Below, one piece after another: positions 12,965-24,701 of a stretch of DNA of 64,000 nt. Both the position numbers and the translations under genes were made by a program. Source of the stretch: Vitrella brassicaformis CCMP3155 (lineage: Eukaryota; Protista; Chromerida). The DNA lies in the NCBI GenBank assembly GCA_001179505.1, contig CDMY01000228.1, positions 62,001 to 126,000 of the forward strand, read 5' to 3'. The notes beneath the pieces are model-generated. The model did no database searches. It saw only the letters and a program-made list of their open reading frames with translations, and had not been told where the DNA came from. The first letter of the stretch is position 1. Every line of letters begins with the position of its first letter.

Positions 12965-14997
12965 ATGATGATGCACAGCCCTTCCCACGAGGGCATTGAC
13001 ATCTGCATCTCACCGCCACCCAATCTGACCACCGCAGCCAACCGTAGCACACAGGCACCACCACCGGCAGCAGCAGCAGGAGGAGGCCACCATGCCCATG
13101 GCGGTGCGGCCATCAACACGCCAGTAGCAGCCCCTGGAGCAGCGGCGTACGAAGATCCCGATGTGCTGCAGCGATGCCGCGTGTGCCTCATCGACGACAA
13201 TCATGGCAATGGCGGCGGTGATGGTGGGAGTGTGGTCCACCATGTGGTGCGTCTGCCGCACCCCGGCTGCGGCAAACCGGCCATGTATGTCATCCGCCAG
13301 CCACAGCAGCACACAGGGGGGAATGGGGATGGCAACACCCCTGCAGCAGCTGCCGTCGATGTGCTGGAGATGGTGAGCTGCCGCCGGGCGGTGGGCGAGT
13401 GCTCCATGTTCGTCGGCAACACACTCATCGCTGGTACCCACAGAGGGACAGGGAGGGAGGGAGGGAGGGAGGGAGGGAAGGCCACATATGGATGGATGGA
13501 TGGATGGATGGATGTGTGTGTGTTGTGTGTTGCCACAGATGGTCGGCTTCATTTGGTGGTCCGCATCGATCCGCTCTTTCTGTTCATTCCGCTGCTCAAA
13601 CGCGCCAGGGGAGAGGTCAGGGAGCGACATACACACGACACATTGCACTTCTATAGGAGCCTCTATCTGTGTGTCTGTCAGCAGGGCACCGGTCGGTATT
13701 GTCCCCTCACACAGACACTCGACCCACCGCCATCTGACCACCGCACGTCAAACGTGGCCGCCAGCAGCAGCAGCAGCCACACGCACCCATCGCAGCACCA
13801 AGATGTCGGCAGCAGCAGCAGTGGTCAGGGTGGGGGCGGCAGCCCGACGGACAGATCGGTGCAGGGGGGTAGGGGTGGTGGCTATAGCTATGAGTACGTT
13901 GACAACAGCGGTAATGGCTGCCGCACCGTCATGGCGCAGCTGATGCGCACACAGGACGTCAGACACCGAATAGTACTCATATGCGACACCATCCCCGGTA
14001 AGACAGAAAGAGCGGAGGGGGTGGGGTGCATCCATCCGTCCATCCATCCATCCATCCACTCATTGTGTGTCAGGTGGTCCTGATGGTGACGATGTGCCGT
14101 TGGTTCGGCTCAGCTATGACAAACTCGCCCAATTCATACAAAAGAAAGTACGTTGTCAGCAGCAATGGCACACACACACAGATTTATGTGCGGTGTGTGT
14201 CATGTGTGTGGCAAAGATGGATCGCATCATGGCGGTGGTCAAAGACACAAACCTCTACGTCAACGGTCAGCTTGATGGACACACACAGACACAGACAGCC
14301 CCCGTCTTCCTTTGTCTCTTTCTCTCTCTGCTGTGTGTGTGTGCAGAGGTGTGCAGCAGTAGTGTGGCGTCTGCGGCCGACGACGTCGGCGACGACCCCC
14401 AAAGCGAGCACACATTCGACATCAACACGAGTCAGCCAAAAGGGCTGCCAAGGACGACATACCCTCCCTCTCTCTGCTCATCTGTGTCGTGTGTGTGTTA
14501 AGGTGCATTGAGAGGTGTGGCGTGGGAGTTGGCGAGGGCCCAACTGGAGCCCCAACTTCGACAGATCGTAGCTGACATACTCAAGTAAACCACATGTGTG
14601 GGCGTGGGTCTGCTTCCTCCCATCGCCACTGTTCACATGGTTTTGTCAGGATCGACGAGGGCCCCAAGAGTGACCTCGGCAAGCGGCCTGCCGCTGCTGC
14701 AGCAGCACCCCCAGCACCCAAACAAAAGGCGAGGCAGATACACATGATGACGCTCAGGCAGACGACCGACGGCTGCTTGTGGGGTGTGGATGTGTGTGTC
14801 TTAAGGCGGCCAAGCCGAAGCCGAAAGCCAAACCGAAAGCCGCCAACCCGAGAGGTATAATGTCATGTGCATTGAGACAGGCTGTTGTGTCTCAATGCAT
14901 TTTATGCCTTCCCTCTCTCTCTCTCTCTGCGTGTGTGTGTGTGTGTGCAGATGTGAAGGGGATGAAGAAGATGACCGACTTCTTTGCAAAGAAATAG
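12965..14997 (+). CDS. RNASEH2B: Ribonuclease H2 subunit B (Ydr279 family)
   Basis: VVRLPHPGCGKPAMY, SMFVGNTLIA/DGRLHLVVRIDPLFLFIPLL, YCPLTQTL, and a C-terminal PIP-box-like DVKGMKKMTDFFAKK* matching the RNASEH2B C-terminus. Confidence 0.85.
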
Positions 14998-15457
14998 ACC
15001 GCCGACACGCACAAGCACACACATACGGAGCTCTTCACATCGGTGTAGACATGTAGATGCATACACGACATGTCCAGCTGCGTTTATTCTTGTATGGTGC
15101 TGTCATATGGACCGGCATATGAAGCTCATTGATGCTCAGGGACACAGTCTGCTTCTGTCCGGCTCACGGATACACGCAGACGGCTTTGTTTTGGCCGGAC
15201 TGGACAAATATACATACAAACATACATATACACACAAAGATGCCTACGCAGAAGCAAGCAGCGCCATCTCATCTACTACTCTAGATCAAATCAACAGCTG
15301 CACAGCGAAGACCTCCTACTGGCGAATGAATATGAAGACACAGATGACACACTGCACATACGCAAAACGCATTCAATGAACTGTACACAGCGCCATCCAC
15401 ACAACGCAATGCAATGCAAAGCACCCGACTCACTCACCCACCCCCTCAGCTGCACAG

Positions 15458-18400
15458 CTACGATCTGTAGACGGCCCCTGACCTCTCGCGGTCGAAGGTT
15501 TTGCGGCACATGGGGCACTCTCTCTTGCGGTACTTGCGCCAGCACTTGTCGCACAGGCACATGTGGCGGCAGGGACTCAGTACAATGGTGGCGCGCTCGT
15601 CCAAACAGACCACACACTTCTGCAGGTCCTCGGCCTTCTCCTTGGCCTGCACCTCGAGCTCACGCAGCTGCCGCTCCTGGTCAGACAAACCGGCCAATCG
15701 GCCCACTAGCCGGTCGCGGGCAGATGCCAGCTGCTGCAGGGCCTCCTGGATGTCGTTCTGCAGACTGTGGATGCCCTCCTGGTCGGTGTGCTCGAGCCGA
15801 TCGGCAGACAACCTGATGACAAAGGCATGCATGACGAGAGACAGGCCAGCGATACGTTGGCTTTTCGTTCTTTTAAGCGGCGCCCACTTGTCGATGCTAG
15901 CAGAGTCGAGGCAGCCCACGTCTGCCTGCAGCTCGCGGACAGATGCCTCTAACCTGCACACACACAGACAATAGAGAAACACGAAATCTGTGACCCTTTC
16001 ATCGCGCCGCCTACTCGCGGATCTTCTTGTGTGCGGCGTCCCTCTCTTTCACGGTGCCGTCCAGGCGGGCCTTTAACCTGTGAGGGAAACCAGTCGGCAT
16101 GTGGCTGAGCGGTGCCCTGTGTGGCTGGATGGCCGCTCACCTGCTCTTTTCGTCACTGAGGGTGTGGGCCTGTCGCTGAGCGGCAGCTATGGCCTCGCCC
16201 TTGCTGGCCTTCTCCCTCTCGGCCACCTCTACCTGCTTGTCTAACCTGCACCAGACACAAACCCGTATGGCCGATGCAGCTGTGCCTCGTTAGTGTCCTC
16301 ACTTGGTGGTCAGCTGCTTGGCCTCCTTCTGGGCTTTGGTGCATTCTTGCTTCGCCTGCTGCAGCGATGTGCTGAGGGACTTGACCTTCTGACGGTCAGG
16401 CTCTCCCCTGCACCGCACGTATAAGTGTAGTCTCCTGTTCTCTGCTGGCTGCTTCTTCTCACTTGTTGCGTTCGGCATTCAGGGTGATCTCTGTCTGTCT
16501 GAGGGCCTCTCGGGCAGCATCGCGCTCGCGGATGGCCGCCGAATACCTCTCCTCCCAGCCCTTGACGACCTCTCCATACCTGCATTGATCCATCAGACAC
16601 AGCCAAATGCAGGGAGTGGTGGTGGCGGTCGCCCACCTGGCTTCGCTTTCGATGGGATCGATGTCTGCCGGCCTCGCTGGGGTTCGTGTGGCGTCCTTCA
16701 TATCCACAGCGTCCCTGCAACCCACCGAACACACAAAACAGTGCTTTCTGTACGACGGTTGCTGCCACCTACTCGGTGGTGCTCTCTGCGGCATCAGTGT
16801 CTGGGCGCCTCTCCTCCACTCGTGTGCCTTCCCTCTTGTCCGCAGGACGACCCTTCTTCAGTCTGTTCTTATCGCGCTTGCTGAGGCGCTGTGTGCCCGC
16901 TGGAGTGGTGCCAGCAAAACCACAGACAGACCCATCATGCAGCCGTTGTCATATTCCCTGTCCTTTGTCCCTTTCTTGCCTTCTTCAGATTCCTTCAGCC
17001 GATCCATGGGCTTCTCCTTGAGCCATCTGGTGGCGAAGAGCAGACGGCGGCGCACCCGCCGATTGGCCAGCAGCGAGGCGACAACACAGCAGAGCACCAG
17101 AGCCACAGACCACGGCGAGGAGAAGAACCGCATGAGGTGGGTCTTATCTAAAACCACACAGAGACAGATAAAAAATGGTCTCTTCTTCTTTCTTCCTTCG
17201 GCTGACATTCGTGGCTGAGGAGAAACCATCCGAGGCTTCCGTGACCCTGAAAGCACGCAGTCATGCAACCAGTACCATTCCACAGGGGTGAGCTGCGCAG
17301 CTACTGTAGAGCACGGTCTGCCTACCTCTTTGAAAGCCTCGCCAGCTGGCATGCGTCCTTTGCGATTTGAAACGATAATCGGATCTGCAGACGCGCTAAG
17401 CAGCTTGGTCACTGTATCCCAGCAGCCACTGAACACAGATATTCAAGATCTATGGGGTGTTCAATAGTCCACTCACTCACCCGATTGCAGCAAAATGAAG
17501 TGCAGTGATTTTTTCATATCCGACAGCATTGGCATCTGCTCCGGACGCGAGGGCCAGCTCAAGCATTCTCCCATGCCGAGCGTCACACGGATGGGGAAAG
17601 CGCCGGGAATGACTGCAGGTGCATGAGGTTGCCCACAGCAACAGTGTCAATTCCTTTGCCATCCGACTACTGTCGGCAGGCAATGGATGCTTCACTACTG
17701 CATTGACGTCCGCTCCGTGTCGGAACAACACCTCTACCGACTCAACATGACGCCTGCGCGCGGCCACAAGATGAGGCATCCACAAATCCGGCCGGTGTTC
17801 CCTCGCCTCGACACCCGCCGCAAGATGAGGCAACCGGTGTACGGGCTTCACGTGTGCGCCTGAACCGGACTAAAGGGACATGAATGACTCGCGGCCGCAT
17901 CATTTCGTGGTGCTGACCGAACTCTATGAGCGTTTCCACGACGTCTGGCCAGTCGCCATCGTTGATGGCGATGAACAACGGAGTCTGCAAATTGTTGTCG
18001 CGGCCATTCACGTCAAGTGCCCGCCTGCTGCTGTTGGCTGCCTCCATCAGTGTCCTGACGAGTCTGGAGTCACCCGTCGTGGCAGCATAGTGGAGAGCCG
18101 AGAACCCCTCGCTATCGACGTCGTCCAGCGCCCGCATGCGAGGCAGCAAGAGCTTCATCATCTGCAGGGGACTCATGCCGTTGATTGCCAACATGAGTGA
18201 CGTCTTGTTGTCGGGCCTGCCCTCATTCGGGTTGGCGCCCTCGTCCAGCAGGTGCTGCGCCGCAACTACATCCCCCTGAAAGAAAAAGAGAGGATCACAC
18301 ACGACAAATGCAGCAGGCGCTGCCATGCCCCTCACACACCAAGACAGCAGCGTTCTTCAGCGCCTGTACAGCCGCCAGACTGGCCGATGGCCGCCCTGCA

Positions 18401-18506
18401 AAGCAGAAGGATGTTGACAAACAAATGGAGTGACGGTCGGTGTGGGTGGCTTACCTGCGTGTCCATTTGCTGCAAGGAGGAGGGAGATCAAAAGCAACAT
18501 CATCAT
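15458..18506 (-). CDS. Signal peptide-ankyrin repeats-TM-coiled coil-RING(C3HC4) protein, copy A (one ankyrin block)
   Basis: MMMLLLISLLLAANGHA/G signal peptide; ankyrin repeats (GANPNEGRPDNKTSLMLAING, GFSALHYAATTG, QTPLFIAI, ITALHFAAIG); TM PWSVALVLCCVVASLLA followed by NRRVRRR; heptad-rich exons; CVVC...PCRHMCLCDKC...CPMC RING; stop at 15458. Confidence 0.85.
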
Positions 18507-18638
18507 CACGCCATCCCTCTTCATCGCGCCCAAACCTGCGAGCTCATCGTGGAGGAGATCTCGGGGCGTTGCGCACCAGCAGACGGCCTCATTTCGGCAC
18601 ATAGAAGCGAGATCTATCACTTTGTGTCATCAGCGGCC
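18507..18638. promoter_or_regulatory. Putative 132-bp bidirectional promoter/5' UTR region (ankyrin-RING copy A / deaminase)
   Basis: The only DNA between two divergent ATGs; homologous to 33052-33203; contains two AGATCT. Confidence 0.55.
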
Positions 18639-19512
18639 ATGGCGCCGTCATCGCGAGGTCCGAACGGCACGCCGCTGAGCGACGCTGCGCTGGTGGACAA
18701 GCTGCTGACGGTCATGGAGCAGGAGGTCATGCCCACCACCGCCAAGGGAGTGGAGAAGGGCAACAAGGTGTTCGGGGCCGCCATACTCGACGCTGACTTT
18801 CGGGTGGTGGTGGCCAGCACGAACCACGAGGCCGTCTGCCCATTCTGGCACGGAGAGGTCAGTCAGCAGACCGACAGCAAACACAGGGGAGAAAAGAGAG
18901 ACGCATTCATTCTGCTGGCGTGTTTGTGTCAACCACCTGTGCGCAGGTGCACACGCTCAAGGAGTTCTTTGCCTTGCCTGCGTCGTCCCGTCCGAAGCAG
19001 GAGGACTGTTACTTCCTCTGCACCCACGCCCCCTGCCCCATGTGCCTGTCTGCTCTCACCTGGAGCGGCTTCAAAGTCCTGTACCAGTTCTTCTCATATG
19101 ACGACTCCGAGGGAACGTAAGCAGCAGCCATGCAAGAGCAGAGCCTGGGTGTGACATAACGATAATGTGTGTGTGCAGCTTCAACATCCCCTACGACAAC
19201 CAAGTGCTGAGGGAGGTCTTCCAGTGCAAGAGACCAAGAAGTGGGTAGAGCGAGATGAATGCACACACACCCCAACACACGGCCCACACGCAATAATGCC
19301 GTCCACTGTTGTTCTCTCTGCTTATCTGTGCAGGGTCGACCCCCTACTACGATTCATACGACCTTCGCGAGTTGGTGCAGCATGGTGCTCTGAGTGACGA
19401 TGAGCGGGCGAGTGCGTGGCGGCGCATCCGGCAGATCGAGAGCGAGTACGACCGGCTGTCGGAGGTCTACCAGCAGAGGAAACACCTCTCCACCAACATC
19501 ATGCTCAAATGA
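18639..19512 (+). CDS. Zn-dependent nucleoside/nucleobase deaminase (CDA/TadA/GuaD superfamily, bacterial 'nucleoside deaminase' type)
   Basis: GNKVFGAAIL...STNHEAVCPFWHGE/VHTLKEF...FLCTHAPCPMCLSALTWSGF..FNIPYD...YDRLSEVYQQRK; HxE and PCxxC Zn motifs; 3 introns. Confidence 0.85.
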
Positions 19513-20358
19513 CTGCACTCAGCGAGGGGTGTACATGTCATGTTGTGTGAGTGTGCGTGTGTGTGTGAGAGAGACAGAGAGATGCAGCGGTCTTTTTGCC
19601 GCTCGCTTTCGCTTCTTGATCGGATGGAGTGTAGTCTGTCTGTGCGCCCTGGTGGTTGGCTGCATGTGGGTCACTTAGTCCGCCATCAGGCACATGAGGG
19701 TTCACGGTCCTTGCACGGATCGTGATCTTTCGGGTGCCTGGTGGTTGGCCAAGTGACGTCACAGCCGCGGACGAGTGGTGCGTGAGGGGTTGGTATCCTA
19801 TGTCTTGTCATCGTCTGTTGCGAGTTGTGCGGTGCGTGACCTTGTGAGTGACCAGACATACACTATTCCCGAGTCAGGAGCACACTGCTGTGTGCGTTGA
19901 CAGGGGTTGGGGGAGGCGCGAGCACGGCTCGTCGTGTCGCGTCGGGTCGCTGCCGCGCAGGGCGACCCGTGGGGGCCGAGCACCGCGAGCTCGTGGGCGT
20001 CTTCTGCGTTGGTGGCTCGTCGTCCGGCGCAGCGTGTGCGTTTTGTTTCTTTTTGGGCTGTCATTCGTGACACGCAGGTGCCCGGGAGGTGACGCCTGTC
20101 ACCTCCCGCTGCGCTGTCTGCGGCGCGTGCCAACCTTGCACTGGTTGTCCTTGTCTTGCGGTGGATCTGTGGATCTGTCCGTCAGGTGTGGATCTATCCA
20201 TCGGGCGGGCGCGAGCGCCGTGCGCGAGCGCCCTGGTGGTGCGGAGCGGCCGGACCCAACGCATGTACGGTAGTAGTACCTGCCCCCAAATCTGCGAGCC
20301 CGGCTTGGGGGCCTTTCTTCCTTCCCCTCCCTCGGGGGAACCGCGAGAAGGCGCCATC

Positions 20359-22366
20359 ATGTCGGCCGCTCCCCGCCTACGCATCGGTCGTAACGAGATC
20401 ACGTTCAGTGAGGCAGACAGACTCGGTGAGCTCCAGACCAGTGCCCACCGATGTGTCAGCTGAATTCGTGTGTGCGCGCCCACCAGGAAGCGGCGGCTTT
20501 GGCACCGTTTTCAAAGGGTCATGGAAAGGCCAGCCGTGGCTGTCAAGGTGGTCAACGAGGACATCAGGAAAAAGAAGGATACACATGTGGGCAGAAGCTT
20601 GTCAATGACCAATGAAGACAGTCACCGGTTTTTCACTCAGGATCTCTACGACGAAGTCTTGAAGGAGGTGGAGCCGATGCTGCATATCAGGCACCCCTAT
20701 GTCGTCACCTTTCTAGGCATGTGCTCAGACAAAACGTACGGGCCCATCATGGTCACAGGTGAGGTCTGCTGTCGCGCTGTCTCGATTTGCGTTTTGATTG
20801 TTTTCATGGGCTGCACCTCAGAGTTATGCGAGGCTGGCTCGCTGGAGGACTACCTTGAGACAAGAGGACCTCTGTCGGCCACTATCCGCACAAAATTCGC
20901 AAAACAGGTAGAAGAGCAATGAGTGAAATGGGCTGAATCAGGACGGTGTCTGTTTTGTTGCTCAACAGATTTGTGAGGGCGTGCAGGCGTTTCACGACAA
21001 GAACATCGTGCACCGTGATTTGAAACCTGGCAACATACTCGTGAGCAGGCATATGGAGAGACTCACGCTGGTATCGTCCCTTTGTCTGTTGTTGTGCAGG
21101 TGACCGAAGGACTGGACCTGAAGATCACAGACTTCGGTCTCGTCATCGATCTCAACCGCTCGTTGGCATCTGCAGGCGGTAAGCAACGTATGAGGCAAAG
21201 ACAAACTCGTTAGTGGAGACACAATAGATGCCCTTGTACGATTGCACGTGCAGGAGCTGGTACAATCCTTTACATGGCACCAGAGGCGTTTGATCCCAAG
21301 GGTGAGCCATGTGTAAAGGCATTGAGATCGAGTCGAAGCACACCTATCGACCTTTCGTCGCTGTTCTGTGTAGCAGCCAAAGGATTAACAACTAAGGCGG
21401 ACATCTGGGCCGTCGGGGCCATCATTCTGCAAGTGCACGGCGTCTCTTTGTCACATCTGTTTGTCAAACTCATCCAACTGAGACAGGTCAATTGAACAGA
21501 AAAAATGGTATGTGATGAAATGTCACAGCTATTGTCACCGATGGTATATGAAGGCACCCGACATTCCCGAGTCCATCCCTTCGCACGCCAAGGCGATCAT
21601 TATAGTAAACGGACGTGACCATGTCGATTGCGGCACTTCAGCGACCCTTGTCGTCCCTCTCTCTTTGTGTGTGTTCGATGAATGGATCCACCAGAAGTGT
21701 TTTGCCCTGGACCCTGCCGACCGACCCACGGCGGGACAGGTGAATAAGAGCGCGATTTTGGGGAGGACACACATTCAGTGTGTTTATTGCAAATCCGCTT
21801 CTCAAGGAGCTGACAAGGACTCCCACGCCCCCACCCAGGCCCACCCCGCAACCGATGATCAAACGCGTAAACACACATTAATGGACACAACGATCACACA
21901 ATGAGGGACACATTCTTGACTAATGCAGCTGAATCCCGCACGTCAATGGGCCGCTCTTTTGTGCTGGTTGTGTGCAGAATGACATCTTCGAGGCCTCCAA
22001 GGCTGGCGATGAGCAGTCCTGCATAATGCTCATCAACAAGGAGGGCATAAAAATCCTCGACAAACGAGAGGGGGTCTTCAAGGTTTGCGCAGTCGCGAAG
22101 TCGCCAGAAATGCACTCAATGGTCTGTCGGTGTGCTCTCATTTCTGCGTGCAGAAGACGCCCTTCCTGGTGGCTGCGGGGGAGGGCCACGTGGGCGTCAT
22201 GTCGGTCATGTATGCGAGCAAACCTGACGTACTGCAGCAAACAACTGTGGTACCTACCGCCACAGACGAAGCACTTTCTGTGCTGCTGCTGGTGGTGATG
22301 AGATGTGTTGGGTGTGATGGAATGCAGCGTGGTGACACTGCTATACACAGGGCTGCCGTGAGGGGC
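20359..22366 (+). CDS. Ser/Thr (TKL-like) protein kinase with C-terminal ankyrin repeats; truncated by an assembly gap
   Basis: LG/SGGFGTVFKG, VAVK, ELCEAGSL, HRDLKPGNIL, KITDFGL, GTILYMAPE, KADIWAVG, CFALDPADRPT; then ankyrin repeats DIFEASKAGD, KTPFLVAAGEGH, GDTAIHRAAVRG. Confidence 0.85.
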
Positions 22367-22666
22367 NNNNNNNNNNNNNNNNNNNNNNNNNNNNNNNNNN
22401 NNNNNNNNNNNNNNNNNNNNNNNNNNNNNNNNNNNNNNNNNNNNNNNNNNNNNNNNNNNNNNNNNNNNNNNNNNNNNNNNNNNNNNNNNNNNNNNNNNNN
22501 NNNNNNNNNNNNNNNNNNNNNNNNNNNNNNNNNNNNNNNNNNNNNNNNNNNNNNNNNNNNNNNNNNNNNNNNNNNNNNNNNNNNNNNNNNNNNNNNNNNN
22601 NNNNNNNNNNNNNNNNNNNNNNNNNNNNNNNNNNNNNNNNNNNNNNNNNNNNNNNNNNNNNNNNNN
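22367..22666. other. Assembly gap (300 N)
   Basis: Run of N. Confidence 1.
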
Positions 22667-23199
22667 AGACAGACCGACAGACCAATTAGGCCTTAGTCGA
22701 GAAGAGGCATGTGTCCTGACTGCCTCTGCTTATAGATCCTATGGTCGACAATTAGGTTTGCAAAGCTTAAGTAAGTCGTGCGTGTCAGCGCTGCAAACGA
22801 CTCAGTCATACGTCGTCCGAATATAAAATGTGGGCAGCGATACATTCACAGGCATGCACCATTACAAGAAAGGTACCAGCTCCACACTCATCGCATGTCA
22901 ACTAAAGAAAGTCCAACGATTGAAAGGGCTGACCGTCCAATCCAATCCGTACACTACACCCAACTTCAAGCCAGCCTATACACCCCGGACGCACACAAAA
23001 CCAAACCCAGCCATGAATGCATCCTAGGACACACGCTACACGCCCCGGTGTCGACACGTTACGCCGCGATGCCCACTCTCACGGGATGGTGCGTGCGATG
23101 TGTCGGACGGGCGAGAGGCGTGGCATACATCGTGCATCAGAATGCATTCACTCTGCGTCTGTGTGTGGCTGTGTGGGTGTGGTTGTGTGCTCACTGTGT

Positions 23200-24423
23200 G
23201 TGGTGTGGTGGGTGTGCTGGGCAGTGAGGCGCAGCGATACGTTGCGGCCTGCAGGTCGGCGGCCAGATGAGGCGGAACAGGCTCATCGGCGGCGACCATC
23301 TCGCCAACCACCTGCAGGAAGAATCGAGACCAGAGAAAAGATGAGACATACAAACAAAGAGTATTTCGCACCGTCTGTCTGCCCATCCATTTGGCCCACT
23401 GACTGACCAGTTGTGCGAGTCTGATCAGCTCTCCTCCGCGGCCACTGCGTGCGATGCCCCAGTCGTAGCTCGACTCGTAGTGGTGGGTGAGGTCACGCGC
23501 CTCATCGCCCCTGTCCGTAACGCACCGCTACAGACTGCATGACGGAAGCACATTCCACACGTATCCGTGTCCACCTGGCACTGCAGTATCCCATCCCCTC
23601 TGCAAAGTGGTCCAGCGTAGTTTGTCTCCCTGCTGAGAGCCTCCAGCATCGAGCGCTCTGCCTCCCGGAACTGGTCGTCCTCTTCACTCCCCTCACATGC
23701 AGACAAATGCGACACGGACATCAAAGACGTGCGCGTGTGCTCACCGGCAGACGTGGCAAGATGCTTCAGAAAAAATCCGGGGGTGCACGGAAATCGTCTC
23801 TGCTGTGGCAGTAGAGCACCGTGTCGATCCAATACGAGCCTGCCTTGCACTGCAGCATACACGAGACACACATACACACACACACACCCCCGTGAACAAG
23901 AAGCATCCAACATCAAAGACTGAGACATTCTCACGGCGCAGATGCGTGCGATTGTGTCCTCTCCGTGAGCGAGCAGTCTGCCAATGAGGTCGGACCTGTC
24001 GGCGGGCGTCATCTTTTCTGTATATATGGCACCACACAGGACAGCACAGCACACACAAGGTGCAACATGGACGTGGATGCAAACTCATTTGGGTGTGATG
24101 TGGGGGCTGACCGAATGCGTCTTGCATGCAGTAGATGCCGGCCACGTCGCTGCAGATGCTGACGATCATCTCCGCCAACGGCTGACAAGACAAGGCGCAC
24201 ACCCACACATATGCTCCTTTTGGCTCTCCCGTCCGTCTGTCTGTCTGTCTGACCCCATCCACCTCACCTGCTGCTGGAAGTCGGCGCGTCTCATCCTCTC
24301 CTGGCTGTCTATGCCTGACGTGAGTCGCGGGCTGAGGAGGGTCTTGCGTATCATGGCGGGCGAGGTCAGTGGGCTGCGGATGACCTCACGCACCAAGTAG
24401 TGGAAATGTCGATGACGCTGCAT
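23200..24423 (-). CDS. Multi-exon hypothetical protein (frame ambiguous in its 3' exons; possibly decayed)
   Basis: Exons MQRHRHFHYLVREVIRSPLT...DFQQQ/PLAEMIVSICSDVAGIYCMQDAF/EKMTPADRSDLIGRLLAHGEDTIARICA joined by GT-AG introns; the exon near 23770 hits a stop or needs a frame change at a T6 run. Confidence 0.4.
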
Positions 24424-24701
24424 AACCCGACACAGACACAGCCATACAGAGAGGGACGGCGGCGGCCATGTCGAAATGTCTGTCTATGGTTTACCGAGAG
24501 CATGGCGAACAGAGGTGGGTCCACCCGGACTCCGAAGATAGAATGTAGGAAGCGATATATCCCTCGGGCGGGGAGGGCTGGTGTCTGTGACCTCGAGGCA
24601 GTCGTCATCAGGGTGCGCGGAGGGGGTAGTGGTGTGTGTAATCGAGTAGCGGCCTTCGTTCGTGGACATGTGTGTGGGCGTGTCGGGCTGCAGCCGGCCC
24701 A

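Noticed and set aside
22667-23050. Somewhat AT-richer sequence after the gap as a transposon remnant
   Set aside because: No terminal repeats, target-site duplication or TE protein motif could be recognised; unresolved without a repeat library.
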